Counted from the stretch's first letter, positions 17,140-27,132 are shown. The stretch: 64,000 bases of DNA from Vulcanimicrobiota bacterium (GCA_963812135.1 CAWETU010000001.1:1184001-1248000); one strand, 5' to 3'. The notes: a model not told the origin generated them from the sequence alone. Numbers and translations are program-made.

Positions 17140-17997
17140 TCACGCGCGTGCGGCGACGCGTTTCTTCGCTTTGCCGTTCGATTCGCTCTTGCTCTTGCCG
17201 TTGGCGGCGACGGGCCGCTTCTTGCCCTGCTTGAGGCTTTGCTGCAGCACATCCATGAGGTTGACCACCTCGGTCGCCGGCTTCGCTTTGGCGGCGGCGA
17301 GCGCTTTGATCGGCTTGCCCTTGGCGCGCGCTTCGATCAGCGCCATCATCGCGTCGCGATATCGATCGTGGTACTCCTCCGGCTCGAACTTGTCGGTCAT
17401 CGTATCGATCAGCATCTTCGCGGCCTTCATCTCGCCGGGCGACGCCTTCTCTTTCCCTGGGGGAAATTCGAAGTCAGACGCGTCGACGATCTCGTCCGGG
17501 TAGTGCATCAGCTCGAGCACGAGGGCGTTGCCGTTCGGTTTGAGCGCGCACACGTATTCCTTCGTGCGGATGACGACGCGCGCGATGCCGACCTTATTCG
17601 ACTCGGCGAGCGCATCGCGCAACAGCGCGTACGCGTGGCGGCCTTTCTTCTCGGGCTCCAAGTAGTACGGCTTGTCGAAAAGTATGGGGTTTATCTCGGA
17701 GAGGTCGACGAACTCTTGGATGTCGATCGACTGCGTCGCCTCGATGCGGACGCTCTTGATGTCCTCGTCTGAGATGAGGACGTACTCGCCGTCACCGACC
17801 TCGTAGCCTTTGACGATCTCGTTCCACTCGACTTTCTTGCCGTCGATGCTGCACACGCGCTGGAAGTTGATGCGTCCTTTGTCCTTTTTGTGCAACATGT
17901 TGAAATGGATCTCGTTCTCGCGAACAGCCGTGAACAGGCGGACCGGGATCGTCACCAATCCGAAGTTGATCGAGCCGTTCCAAATCGCGTGCGCCAT
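17140..17997 (-). CDS. ku: Non-homologous end-joining protein Ku
   Basis: MAHAIWNGSINFGLVTIPVRL, EIVKGYE, FDKPYYLEP, YALLRDAL, VVNLMDVLQQSL, basic tail. Confidence 0.95.
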   Translation of the reverse strand: MAHAIWNGSINFGLVTIPVRLFTAVRENEIHFNMLHKKDKGRINFQRVCSIDGKKVEWNEIVKGYEVGDGEYVLISDEDIKSVRIEATQSIDIQEFVDLSEINPILFDKPYYLEPEKKGRHAYALLRDALAESNKVGIARVVIRTKEYVCALKPNGNALVLELMHYPDEIVDASDFEFPPGKEKASPGEMKAAKMLIDTMTDKFEPEEYHDRYRDAMMALIEARAKGKPIKALAAAKAKPATEVVNLMDVLQQSLKQGKKRPVAANGKSKSESNGKAKKRVAARA

Positions 17998-18085
17998 CAA
18001 AGTCCCCTCTCTGACTCTATTACTTCCCATCGGCAGCGAACGTGTGCTCCATCACAGGGCCAGAAGGAATCGAACATATCGCCGA

Positions 18086-18099
18086 CAAACATACGTTCG
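18086..18099. promoter_or_regulatory. LexA (SOS) box, GAAC-N4-GTTC type
   Basis: CAAAC-ATAC-GTTCG is one mismatch from CGAAC-N4-GTTCG; further CGAAC half-sites at 18037, 18071 and 18098. Confidence 0.6.
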
Positions 18100-18146
18100 A
18101 ACATACCCTTGTCTGCGCTCGAGCTCATAGACTTGGGGGTAGGGGG

Positions 18147-18506
18147 ATGCACAAGAAGCAACTCGCGGAGCAGTTCTGCAGCCGGCTGTGGGATTCGTTT
18201 TTCACCTCCTTGCGGGGCACCGACTTGTTGACGGCTTGCGAGAAACGGGTCCTCGAGAAGCTCTGGCTCTTGGGGACGATCAAGACCTCGACCTGCGATG
18301 CGTATCCGGGCCACGTCGAATTCGCACGCTCGCTGCGGGTGTCCGAACACCGGGTGAAGCTGGCGCTCAAGAAGCTCGAGATGAAGGGCTTCATTAAATG
18401 CGTGCGGCGCTCCAAGGCCGGCTTTGCCTATCTGCTCAACCCGCTGCTGCTCGAAGCGGCGTACGACCGCACCAAACGCGACTACCCAGACCTGCTCGCA
18501 TCCTAG
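18147..18506 (+). CDS. Small winged-helix HTH protein
   Basis: AGGGGG RBS; YPGHVEFARSLRVSEHRVKLALKKLEMKGFIKCVRR resembles an HTH_36/replication-initiator-type wHTH. Confidence 0.7.
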   Translation: MHKKQLAEQFCSRLWDSFFTSLRGTDLLTACEKRVLEKLWLLGTIKTSTCDAYPGHVEFARSLRVSEHRVKLALKKLEMKGFIKCVRRSKAGFAYLLNPLLLEAAYDRTKRDYPDLLAS

Positions 18507-18550
18507 AATAGCGAGGAGTTCGCTTACGACCCGCGGCAGCAGCTTCGGGC

Positions 18551-19312
18551 GTGGATGTCATAGCCCCATTCCGTCTCGACGGGCGCGTCGCTCTTGTGAC
18601 CGGCGCTTCCAGCGGATTGGGCGCGCGATTTTGCCGCGTGCTCGACGCCGCGGGTGCCAAAGTGGTGCTCGCCGCGCGCCGGATGGACAAGCTGGAACAG
18701 GTCGCAAAAGGCCTACATGACTCGCTGCCGGTGGCGTGCGACGTCACCGTTCAATCGGAAGTGGGCGGACTCGTGGACGCGGCGCTGCGGCGCTTCGGGC
18801 AGATCGACGTCCTCGTCAATGCCGCCGGCGACGCAGATCCGTATCGAGCAGAAGAAGAGCCGCTCGAAGAGTTCGCGCGGATCGTCGCGCTCAACCTGAC
18901 AGCGGCGTTTTCGGTGGCACAGCATGTAGGCCGCCACATGCTCGAGCGTGGCAGCGGCAGCGTGATCAATATCGCTTCCGTGTTGGGTTTGGTCGGCGGC
19001 GGCATCCATTCAACGCCCGGTTACGCCGCCAGCAAAGGCGGACTCGTCAATCTCACTCGTGAGTTGGCGATCGAGTGGGCCTCGCGCGGCGTACGCGTCA
19101 ACGCGATCGCGCCCGCGTATTTTCCGAGCGAGATGACGGCTGAGATTTTCGCGAGCGAGAAGGCGCTTTCGCTCATCGCCAAGATGACGCCGATGAAGCG
19201 GCCCGGCCGCGAGCACGAGCTTGACGGCCCGTTGCTGTTCCTGGCGAGCGACGCATCCAGCTACGTCACGGGTCACGTGCTCGCCGTGGACGGCGGGTTT
19301 CTGGCGGGGTAA
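18551..19312 (+). CDS. SDR family oxidoreductase
   Basis: TGASSGLG, VNAAG, YAASKGG, RVNAIAP. Confidence 0.93.
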   Translation: MDVIAPFRLDGRVALVTGASSGLGARFCRVLDAAGAKVVLAARRMDKLEQVAKGLHDSLPVACDVTVQSEVGGLVDAALRRFGQIDVLVNAAGDADPYRAEEEPLEEFARIVALNLTAAFSVAQHVGRHMLERGSGSVINIASVLGLVGGGIHSTPGYAASKGGLVNLTRELAIEWASRGVRVNAIAPAYFPSEMTAEIFASEKALSLIAKMTPMKRPGREHELDGPLLFLASDASSYVTGHVLAVDGGFLAG

Positions 19313-19340
19313 GGGCACCCGTACTAAAGTAGCGTCCCGT

Positions 19341-19769
19341 TCAGGGGCGGATCGCGACGACTGCCAACGCGACCGTCAGGACATCTTCCCCAATGGCCAC
19401 AGCTATGTCTGGGATTCTCGCTCGCACGGTCAACAGCCGGCGCATGCCGTAACCGCCATACGCGCCGATGAGCGCGCCGGCAATCCCGAACAACACCGCA
19501 AGCCAACCGTTCAGGCTTCCGTGCAGGAGAAAATACGCGGATGCGCCGCCAGAGATGCAACGGGCGATGAGCGAGAGCGGCATCGTGCGCGCAGGCGTCT
19601 TCGGCAGCTTGTCGCCGATCAGCTCGACGATCGCCAAAACGGCAAAAATCATCCAAAGATAAGAATTGCGTGAATAGGCGACCGCGGTCGGCGCGATCAT
19701 CGTGCGCAGACCTGCGACGATGCCGATGAGCAACGCGTGGCCGATTGCCAAAGTGATGCCATTCTCCAT
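19341..19769 (-). CDS. Membrane protein (DUF4126-like)
   Basis: GLRTMIAP...ELIGDKLPKTPART...IGED motifs; hydrophobic helices. Confidence 0.7.
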   Translation of the reverse strand: MENGITLAIGHALLIGIVAGLRTMIAPTAVAYSRNSYLWMIFAVLAIVELIGDKLPKTPARTMPLSLIARCISGGASAYFLLHGSLNGWLAVLFGIAGALIGAYGGYGMRRLLTVRARIPDIAVAIGEDVLTVALAVVAIRP

Positions 19770-19856
19770 TCAGTCTGCCGGTTCTACGCGTATCGCGCGT
19801 CGAAGAAACGTGTGGGCGCAGCTCATCAGCGTCACGGCGATCCACAGGAGGCTACC

Positions 19857-20267
19857 TTGAAGCTACATCTCATCGCGGCGTTCGCGATGGCCGATTTGTT
19901 GTCCGCATCGCTTGCACCAGCACTCGCAGATGCGACGGCCGGGTCGCGAACGCTCCATTTCTCGATAGCGATGGTCTCCCACCTCGGCGGAAAGCCCGAA
20001 CGCGACGGCGCCATGACGATTTCGATCGACGCAAAAGGCAACATCAGCGGCACCTACCACGGCAGCGCGCCGGCGTCAGACCCGTATTACGGCAAGGACG
20101 AGCCCGTTAGCGGCTCGCTTACCGGGGAGCGCATCCACTTGGAGATCGGCCAACAGGGCGAATTGCACGTCGACGGCGCGCTCGACGAGAACGGCATCAT
20201 CGCTACCGGTTCGATCGGCAGCGTACAGCTCTACGATTTCGTCGCGGTGCCGACGCCTTCAGGGTGA
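19857..20267 (+). CDS. Secreted hypothetical protein
   Basis: AGGAG RBS then TTG 19857; signal-like N-terminus; beta-rich body. Confidence 0.6.
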   Translation: MKLHLIAAFAMADLLSASLAPALADATAGSRTLHFSIAMVSHLGGKPERDGAMTISIDAKGNISGTYHGSAPASDPYYGKDEPVSGSLTGERIHLEIGQQGELHVDGALDENGIIATGSIGSVQLYDFVAVPTPSG

Positions 20268-21925
20268 GTGCGCGCGCCCGGCAGACCTGCGACTTGGAGA
20301 TATTGATGGACGAAGGCGATCGCCATCGAACCTTCGCCGACGCCTGCGGCCACGCGTTTGACCGATCCGGAGCGCACGTCGCCCACCGCGAAGATGCCAG
20401 GCACGGTCGTCTCCAATAGGTAGGGATCGCGATCCGAACTCCAGCGCCCTGACGCGCGCACGTCGGCACCGGTCATGACGAAACCGCGGCGGTCAAGCGC
20501 GATCTCTGCGGGCAGCCACCCGGTGTCGGTGTCGGCGCCGATGAACACGAATAGTGCCGGCGTTTCTCGTCGCGTCACTGTGTTTGCCGCGCGGTCGGCG
20601 ACGTCGATCGCTTCCAAATGCTCGGTGCCGTACACCGCGACGACTTCGGAACGTACCTCGCAGCCGATATTCGGACGTCGCTTGAGCTGCTCGACGAGAT
20701 AGTACGACATGCTATCGGAGAGGGACCCGCCGCGCACGACGATCGTCACGGTCTTGGCGTAATTTGCGAAATACAGCGCCGCTTGCCCGGCTGAATTGCC
20801 TCCGCCCACGAGGTAGATGTCTTGGCCTTGCGTGGATCGCGCTTCATCGCGCGACGCGCCGTAGAAGACGCCGCGCCCGATGAACCGATCGATGGAATCG
20901 AGCTGGAGCCTGCGCCATGTGACGCCCAGCGCAAGCACGACGGCACGCGCGTGCAAGACTACGTCGTCGTCGAGCGAGATGTTGAACGTGTCAGGCGAGA
21001 TGGAGCAAACGGCGCGCGTCACCACGATTTCGGCTCCCAAGCGTCGCGCCTGTGTCAGCGCGCGGTGCGCCAGCTCATCGCCCGAGACGCCGACCGGAAA
21101 TCCGAGGTAGTTCTCGATGCGCGACGATGTGCCGGCTTGGCCACCTGGCGCCTCGCGCTCGAGTAAAACGGTGTGCAAGCCCTCCGACGCCCCGTACACG
21201 GCCGCGGCCAACCCGCCGGGCCCGCCGCCGATGATGACGACGTCGTACTCGGTATCCGCCGGTGCAGTCGCCAGGCCGACCGCGTTCGCGAGATCGACCT
21301 TGGTCGGTCCGGCGACCATGGAACCGTCTTGCAGACGGACCAGCGGCCATCGCGTCGAGTCGCCGTCGACCGCCAGATCTCCGAGAATCGGGTCGTCCGG
21401 CGTCACCCAATCGAACGGCACTTGGTTGCGGTGCAAGAAATCGCGGATCTCACCCGTCGGAGGATCCCACTTCGGCCCGATGACGAGCAGTTCGGGCGCA
21501 GGCGGCTGTGCCGCGATGTCGTGCAAGCCCTCGATTCGATCAAGCGCCGCGGCGCCGACTTTTCCAGAAATCTCGGGTGCGGCGGCGCACAGCGTGTGGT
21601 ATGCGCTCGGTTCTAGACGCAGCAGGCGGGAAGGATCGACTGCGCGCATGCTCGCGAGAAACGGCGTGTTGAGGACCATCGGCACTTCGCCGAACAGCTC
21701 GCCTGGGCCGCGTATACCGATGACCGTCTCGACACCATCGATGATCTTCGTAACCTCGAGCTTACCTTCGATGACCGCGAAAAAAGCGCGCGTCTCGCCT
21801 TCGTGCACCGCATACTCCCCCGGGCTCAACTGGATGTCGGCGGCTGTCCGTGCGAGGTAGGCGAGTTCTTTGTCGGCAAGCGTGGAAAAGAGGGGAATCG
21901 CGCGAAGTTCGTCAGTTGTGATCAT
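20231..21925 (-). CDS. cNMP-binding-domain FAD-dependent oxidoreductase (TrxB-like, no CXXC)
   Basis: N-terminal cNMP domain (GELFGEVP); GGGPGG, GGQAGTSSRIENYLGFP, GGGNSAGQA, GIFAVGDVR. Confidence 0.88.
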   Translation of the reverse strand: MITTDELRAIPLFSTLADKELAYLARTAADIQLSPGEYAVHEGETRAFFAVIEGKLEVTKIIDGVETVIGIRGPGELFGEVPMVLNTPFLASMRAVDPSRLLRLEPSAYHTLCAAAPEISGKVGAAALDRIEGLHDIAAQPPAPELLVIGPKWDPPTGEIRDFLHRNQVPFDWVTPDDPILGDLAVDGDSTRWPLVRLQDGSMVAGPTKVDLANAVGLATAPADTEYDVVIIGGGPGGLAAAVYGASEGLHTVLLEREAPGGQAGTSSRIENYLGFPVGVSGDELAHRALTQARRLGAEIVVTRAVCSISPDTFNISLDDDVVLHARAVVLALGVTWRRLQLDSIDRFIGRGVFYGASRDEARSTQGQDIYLVGGGNSAGQAALYFANYAKTVTIVVRGGSLSDSMSYYLVEQLKRRPNIGCEVRSEVVAVYGTEHLEAIDVADRAANTVTRRETPALFVFIGADTDTGWLPAEIALDRRGFVMTGADVRASGRWSSDRDPYLLETTVPGIFAVGDVRSGSVKRVAAGVGEGSMAIAFVHQYLQVAGLPGARTHPEGVGTATKS

Positions 21926-22094
21926 GCGTTCGCTCTCATGATGGGGACTTAGGGCGTTAGCGGAGCGGCGCAAGCCGCCCTCCCCGGGGCACAAAGCCTG
22001 AGCGGGCGCGGCCTTTGCGGTAGGGCACAGCTCAATGCGATTCGAACGGCCACCGTCCACTTCTACGACGCCATCTAACGGGGTGAGCAATCAA

Positions 22095-22568
22095 ATGAAG
22101 GCACCGAGCGGAAAAGACCCCAAAGCCTTGACGCGCAAGCGCCTCGCTGAACTACTCAACGAAGATCTTTCGCGCGAATATCAGGCGATCATCGCCTACG
22201 TCATCTACTCGCAAGTCCTCAAGGGCGCCGAGTACATGAGCATCGCCGACCAGCTCGAGACCCACGCCAAGCAAGAACTCGAGCACGCGCTCATCATCTC
22301 ACGGCAGATCGACTATCTGGGCGCGATGCCAACATCAGTGCCAAAAGCCGTCCGCATCTCTCCAAAGCCGAAAGACATGCTGCGCTTCGATCTCGACAAC
22401 GAGAACGAGACGATCCGCAACTACCGGGAACGCGTGAGGCAATGCGAGGAGCTCGGCGAGTTCGCCATGGCCGAGCAGATCCGGGGCATCCTCGTCAACG
22501 AACAAGACCACCAGATCGACCTCGCGACAGCGCTCGGCGTTGACCCGCCCGATCTGACGAAACGGTAG
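22095..22568 (+). CDS. Ferritin-like (bacterioferritin-family) protein
   Basis: EYQAIIAY...ELEHA...ENETIRNY...EQDH di-iron motifs. Confidence 0.85.
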   Translation: MKAPSGKDPKALTRKRLAELLNEDLSREYQAIIAYVIYSQVLKGAEYMSIADQLETHAKQELEHALIISRQIDYLGAMPTSVPKAVRISPKPKDMLRFDLDNENETIRNYRERVRQCEELGEFAMAEQIRGILVNEQDHQIDLATALGVDPPDLTKR

Positions 22569-22569
22569 A

Positions 22570-23421
22570 CTACAGCAGCGTCAAGTCGCCGGCGGCAAAC
22601 ATGCGCTTCAAAAATGCGTCGTGTTTGTACGACGACGACTTGCCGAAATGCGCGATGACCGTGTTGCGTGACGGCGCGATGTACAGCCCCTGACCTGCCG
22701 ATCCGCTCGCGTACACCAGGTCAGGCGGGGCGTTCGCGGCTCCCAACCACCAACCTAAGCCATAATGCGGGTTAGCGGCTGAACCCGCAAAGCATTCCGC
22801 GAATTCTTCGCGCCGCTCGCAGACGAGCCGGCCGTACTTCAACCATTCGTGCGCCGAGACGAACGCGCCGGTCGGCAAAGGACGCGTGCCGTCTGCGAGC
22901 GTGCGCCATTTCGCGACGCGCATGCCGATCGGATCGAAGATCCGCGCTTGAAGGTACTCGTGCGGCGTTTGCCCGCGCGGCTCGAGCTTGCGCGCAAATA
23001 CCGCGCCAAAGACCTGCAGTGGGATTCCGCTGTAGGTGAACTTCTTTCCCGGTTCGTTCTTGAGCTCGACTGCAAGCGCTTTCGCGTACGTCGGAACCGC
23101 CGATCCCATGCCGCCAAAGCCGATGCCGCTCGTGAGCTGCAACAGATGCCGCAGCGTGACACGCCTTTTCCATTCATCGGCCTGCCATTCCGGAAACGTT
23201 TCGGCGACGCGCTCATCAAGTCGCAGAATCCCATCGCGCTGCGCCGCGAGTGCGGCGACGCCCCAAAAGCTCTTGGTGCCGCTGTAGAGCGCGTGAGGGG
23301 TCGAACCGTCGTGACCTTCGCCATAGGTTTCGCTGACGATCCGGCCATCTTGGAAGATGACCAGCGCATGCAACGCGTGCTTGCGCGCGTACTCGATCGC
23401 AGCTTGGTTGGAGGCGGTCAT
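22570..23421 (-). CDS. Serine hydrolase, beta-lactamase-like (class C family)
   Basis: SGTKS (SxxK), VTLRHLLQLTSG, PGKKFTYS, YGLGWW. Confidence 0.85.
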   Translation of the reverse strand: MTASNQAAIEYARKHALHALVIFQDGRIVSETYGEGHDGSTPHALYSGTKSFWGVAALAAQRDGILRLDERVAETFPEWQADEWKRRVTLRHLLQLTSGIGFGGMGSAVPTYAKALAVELKNEPGKKFTYSGIPLQVFGAVFARKLEPRGQTPHEYLQARIFDPIGMRVAKWRTLADGTRPLPTGAFVSAHEWLKYGRLVCERREEFAECFAGSAANPHYGLGWWLGAANAPPDLVYASGSAGQGLYIAPSRNTVIAHFGKSSSYKHDAFLKRMFAAGDLTLL

Positions 23422-23586
23422 CGCGGTTCCGGTTGTCAGCGCGCACAATTCTAACCTTCTTGTAATCTTGGGAGCGAGCGAATGAGCGCGGCGAGAGGAC
23501 AACGCGCGCGACGATGACAACGCAGTAGCCGATCCTGGGAACTTCCTGACTGACTGCTGACGTTTCAGGGCCAACGGAGGGTCGTC

Positions 23587-24807
23587 ATGTTCCAGATTCG
23601 TTCATTCGTTCTTATCTGCGCGGTGTTCCTCATGGTTTCGGCGCTCGGCGAGCAAGCGCGCGCGGGCTATTCGGTCGCCAACGCGACGAACACCAACAAC
23701 AATGCTCACATGGTCACACCCCTGCCGCGGCCGACCGCCAAGCCGCCGCCGCCGCCGGCGCCGATCCCGGCACCATTTCACGTGCGCCCCGTGCAGAGCA
23801 AACACGACTGCGCTGCCGGGCTGAGCCTCTTGGCAGCAATCTGCGACGCGGACGTCAAGGCGGGCGGCTTGCAATTACTGTGGAATGACCGCGCGACCAA
23901 GCTTGACGGGTACAAGATCTATCGCGGGAGCGGCGACAGCCGCAAGCTCGTCCTGACGCTGTCGAACGGGCCATCGCCGAAATACGGCGCGATCAGCAAG
24001 CCAAGCGGTGGCTACGATCACAACTGCTATGCGGTGACCGCGTACGTCGGATCACGAGAATCAGCGCCAAGCGCAGCGTATTGCGTCCAGCCCGGTGCGA
24101 CCGCGCAAACCGCGACGTTCGCTCCCGCTCACGTGCGCTCGTACATATCGATCTCGAATCCGGGCCTCTTGGATCCGAACAACAACTCCGGCCAGCTTTC
24201 GTTGTCGACGGATCTCTCGAAGCTGCAGTCGACCGGTTTTAACAGCCTGCTCCCGTCGCAGGTCGCCAATTCCGCGCACGGCGCCTCCATCAGCGGAACG
24301 GCCTACGTAGGGTATCAATCCGGATACGTGAAGTCACCGGTCCCCAACAATGGCGAGTTCTACACCGGCGCAAGTCAGGGCTGGGTCACGATCAGATCGC
24401 GCGCCGGATATGATTTCAACCTCAGCAGATTGACCAACCACTCGATCTATTCCGCGATCCTCACGCTCAACGTCTCCCAAACAGCACGCGACAACAAGTA
24501 CCATAGCCACTTTGACCTAAGCGACTATTCATGCACCGACCGGTATCTGCTCGGCAAGGACTTCTGGTGGAGCCAGCCCGGCGCGCTCAACAACGCCTCG
24601 ACCGGCGCCGAATTCGGCCAGGGAAAAGGACCGGTCGTCACGGTCGATGTGACGAAGACGGTCGCTGACTGGGCGGCGGGTGCGTCTGATTACGGGTTCA
24701 TTCTGAGCAACGCGCTCGCCGATGCCACGGGTGCAAAGCCGGCGTACCCTGACCTCGGCTGCTTCACGAAATACTACAACGCTTCGCTCAAAGTGATATA
24801 TTTCTGA
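23587..24807 (+). CDS. Secreted protein, FN3-like plus DNRLRE-like C-terminal domain (paralog family member)
   Basis: Signal peptide, Pro linker, LLWN..GYKIYR..CYAVTAY..ES, VDVTKTVADW..DYGFIL. Confidence 0.7.
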   Translation: MFQIRSFVLICAVFLMVSALGEQARAGYSVANATNTNNNAHMVTPLPRPTAKPPPPPAPIPAPFHVRPVQSKHDCAAGLSLLAAICDADVKAGGLQLLWNDRATKLDGYKIYRGSGDSRKLVLTLSNGPSPKYGAISKPSGGYDHNCYAVTAYVGSRESAPSAAYCVQPGATAQTATFAPAHVRSYISISNPGLLDPNNNSGQLSLSTDLSKLQSTGFNSLLPSQVANSAHGASISGTAYVGYQSGYVKSPVPNNGEFYTGASQGWVTIRSRAGYDFNLSRLTNHSIYSAILTLNVSQTARDNKYHSHFDLSDYSCTDRYLLGKDFWWSQPGALNNASTGAEFGQGKGPVVTVDVTKTVADWAAGASDYGFILSNALADATGAKPAYPDLGCFTKYYNASLKVIYF

Positions 24808-24908
24808 TCTGAGAAGCTAGCGCGACGGGCGGCCGGATGTCTACGGCAACCTCAAGGAATTCGTACGGCTGTTCTCGACTAGTACGCCTCCAAAGGAGGG
24901 CCCGTGCA

Positions 24909-25403
24909 ATGTTGGAGTTTCGCAAGCCCCTAGTGATCGCCGCATTTGTTCTTGGAATCGCATTTGTGGGCCAAACAACGAGAGCGAACGCTCTTCCAAC
25001 AGATCTCTGCGCGCTCTTGCCGGCGGCCGAGGTCAGCAAGACCTTAGGTCAAACCTACGACGCCCCGCAAGAGAGCGTCGCGCCCCGTCCCTTTCCCGGC
25101 ACGAATACGGGGACGGATTGCAATTACGAATCCAAGGGAGCGAACGGAAAGCTCTGGTTCCGGATGTACGTCGATCCGTCGGCGCCCGCTGCGACGGATT
25201 TATTCGCGAAACTGAAGGTGTACTATAGCCCGCCGACCGCGGTCCCCAAACTGGGCGACGAGGCGTACCTGGATCCCCAGCACGCCCTTCACGTCCGAAA
25301 AGGGAAAGTGCGCTTCTACCTCAATCTCTCGCCGGTCGGCGACGCGTCCGCGACTGAGAAGCAGTTGGAGAATCTTGCGGCACAGGTCGTTGGAGCGCTC
25401 TGA
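24909..25403 (+). CDS. Secreted hypothetical protein (DUF3558-like)
   Basis: GGAGG RBS; signal peptide; DLCALLPAAEV...C.Y...VPKLGDEAY. Confidence 0.65.
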   Translation: MLEFRKPLVIAAFVLGIAFVGQTTRANALPTDLCALLPAAEVSKTLGQTYDAPQESVAPRPFPGTNTGTDCNYESKGANGKLWFRMYVDPSAPAATDLFAKLKVYYSPPTAVPKLGDEAYLDPQHALHVRKGKVRFYLNLSPVGDASATEKQLENLAAQVVGAL

Positions 25404-25425
25404 GGCCGCTTTCGGGTTAGAGATA

Positions 25426-26250
25426 ATGAGAGGAATTTCTCGATTCCTTGCGGTTGCCACGAGCTTCGTCGCGATAGCAGCAGCCCACGGCGTCGCGGCC
25501 GGCGCAACCGCGCCGAGCGTGTATCTGACGTTCAATGGAAGCAACAGCTATGTCGAGGTGCCAAGCAGTCCGGATTTTAGCCTGAGCAGCGCGGGGCTCA
25601 CCATCGCAGTCTGGATGCGGCCTGACAGCCTGACGTTTTCCAAGACTGAGGGTAGCCTCGCCTCGCAACAATACGTGCACTGGTTCGGCAAAGGTGAGAA
25701 CGCACAACAGGAGTGGACGTTTCGGATGTATAGCTTGACCCAACCCGGACCGCGCCAAAACCGGATCAGCTTCTACGCTTTCAAATTGGAAGGTGGTCGC
25801 GGATGCGGCAGCTACTTCCAAGACCCGATCCAGCCCGGGCAATGGCTGCAAGTCGTCGGCGTGGTGGATCAGAGCGTGAGCAAGGTCTCGATCTACAAGA
25901 ACGGTCAATTCCGGCACAGCGATTCGTATGCTTCGCTCGTGCCCGGGCCGCAGCCGGGATCGGCGCCGCTGCGCATCGGGTCGAAAGATCTGAGCAGTTA
26001 TTTCCAGGGCGCGATCGGCCCGATACGGATATGGAACCGGCCCCTGTCGGCTTCGGAGGTCGGCGCGTTGTTCTCGTCTGGCGCCGTGCCGCAAACCGGC
26101 TTGGTCGCTCAGTACCTCATGAATGAAGGCACGGGAACGACCATTCGAGACTCCGTGGGAGGTCACAACGGCGCGATCTCCGGCGCGACCTGGGGTCACG
26201 GAGGCGGGACCATAGGCGCCGGCGGCGGCCAAAGCGGAGGCGGCTGCTGA
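25426..26250 (+). CDS. Secreted LamG/concanavalin-A-like domain protein
   Basis: LTFNGSNSYVEV, TIAVWMRP, WLQVVGV, LRIGS..FQGAIG.IRIWNRPLS. Confidence 0.85.
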   Translation: MRGISRFLAVATSFVAIAAAHGVAAGATAPSVYLTFNGSNSYVEVPSSPDFSLSSAGLTIAVWMRPDSLTFSKTEGSLASQQYVHWFGKGENAQQEWTFRMYSLTQPGPRQNRISFYAFKLEGGRGCGSYFQDPIQPGQWLQVVGVVDQSVSKVSIYKNGQFRHSDSYASLVPGPQPGSAPLRIGSKDLSSYFQGAIGPIRIWNRPLSASEVGALFSSGAVPQTGLVAQYLMNEGTGTTIRDSVGGHNGAISGATWGHGGGTIGAGGGQSGGGC

Positions 26251-26270
26251 TCGCAGCCGTCGGAGGTGGT

Positions 26271-26624
26271 ATGAAAAAGTTCCTGATCGGTTTGACTGCA
26301 TTGTGCGTGGTGACGACGGGTGTGGCCCTTGCGGCCGACGTCGGGTCGCCCGCGGACGTGGCCGCGGTGCGCTCGGCGGCGCACCAGAAGAATCCGAGCG
26401 ACCATGTCGCTGGAGTCCACGTGGTAGGCAATTACGCGTTGACCGATTGGTATGGCGGTGAGGCGTCGGGCTATGCCGCGTACAAGCGCATCTCAGGCGA
26501 GCAATGGAAGCAGATCGACTGGGGCGGCGGCGCGACAGACCCGCAGCTTCTCGCTCAGCATGGCGTACCGGCATCGATCGCGCAAAAGCTTTGCCCGGGG
26601 TGGGGCAGCTCTTCGCCCTGTTGA
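26271..26624 (+). CDS. Small secreted hypothetical protein
   Basis: GGAGG RBS; MKK signal peptide; VGNYALTDW...GVPASIAQKL. Confidence 0.7.
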   Translation: MKKFLIGLTALCVVTTGVALAADVGSPADVAAVRSAAHQKNPSDHVAGVHVVGNYALTDWYGGEASGYAAYKRISGEQWKQIDWGGGATDPQLLAQHGVPASIAQKLCPGWGSSSPC

Positions 26625-26645
26625 AAGGCGCCCTATTCCCGCGAC

Positions 26646-26996
26646 TTAATGCACCAGCGTGATCTGAGTCGGAGTCTCGACCACGGTTCCATCAACCGTT
26701 TCCTTGACGACGGTGATTTTGACGCGGGTTTTACCAAGGACGAGTTGACTTGGCCAACCATCGCAAGGAAAACTGGGGCACCACGGTAACGGCTTTCCTT
26801 GGAACAGCGGTTTCTTCATATTGTCGAACCACAGGGCGTGACTTCGTCCGTCGCTCGTCCTGATGGTCATGTCGGTGCCCTTATTGCCGCTGTCATAACT
26901 GGCGATCACGCCGTCAAGTGTGTCGCCTCGTGCGCTACTCGCGACTGCCAATGCGATGATCATGCCAAGCGCACATGCCATAGCCACATGTTTCAT
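26646..26996 (-). CDS. Small secreted hypothetical protein
   Basis: Signal peptide; WCPSFPCDGWP Cys pair. Confidence 0.6.
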   Translation of the reverse strand: MKHVAMACALGMIIALAVASSARGDTLDGVIASYDSGNKGTDMTIRTSDGRSHALWFDNMKKPLFQGKPLPWCPSFPCDGWPSQLVLGKTRVKITVVKETVDGTVVETPTQITLVH

Positions 26997-27132
26997 GTCG
27001 CGTTTTTCCGGAGACTGGCTGATTTGCCCTTGTGCTCAGCGTTCTCCGTACGTCATTACGACGATGTGACCCGGTATCGTGATGCTTAAAGATCGTTCTT
27101 AAAGCCGCCATTGGCGCCGCCGCCCGCAAAAT

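Noticed and set aside
16668..17252. Two separate small ORFs or a peroxiredoxin pseudogene
   Set aside because: They share one frame, the only stop is a TGA at the catalytic position, and a SECIS-like hairpin follows, so Sec read-through explains it better.
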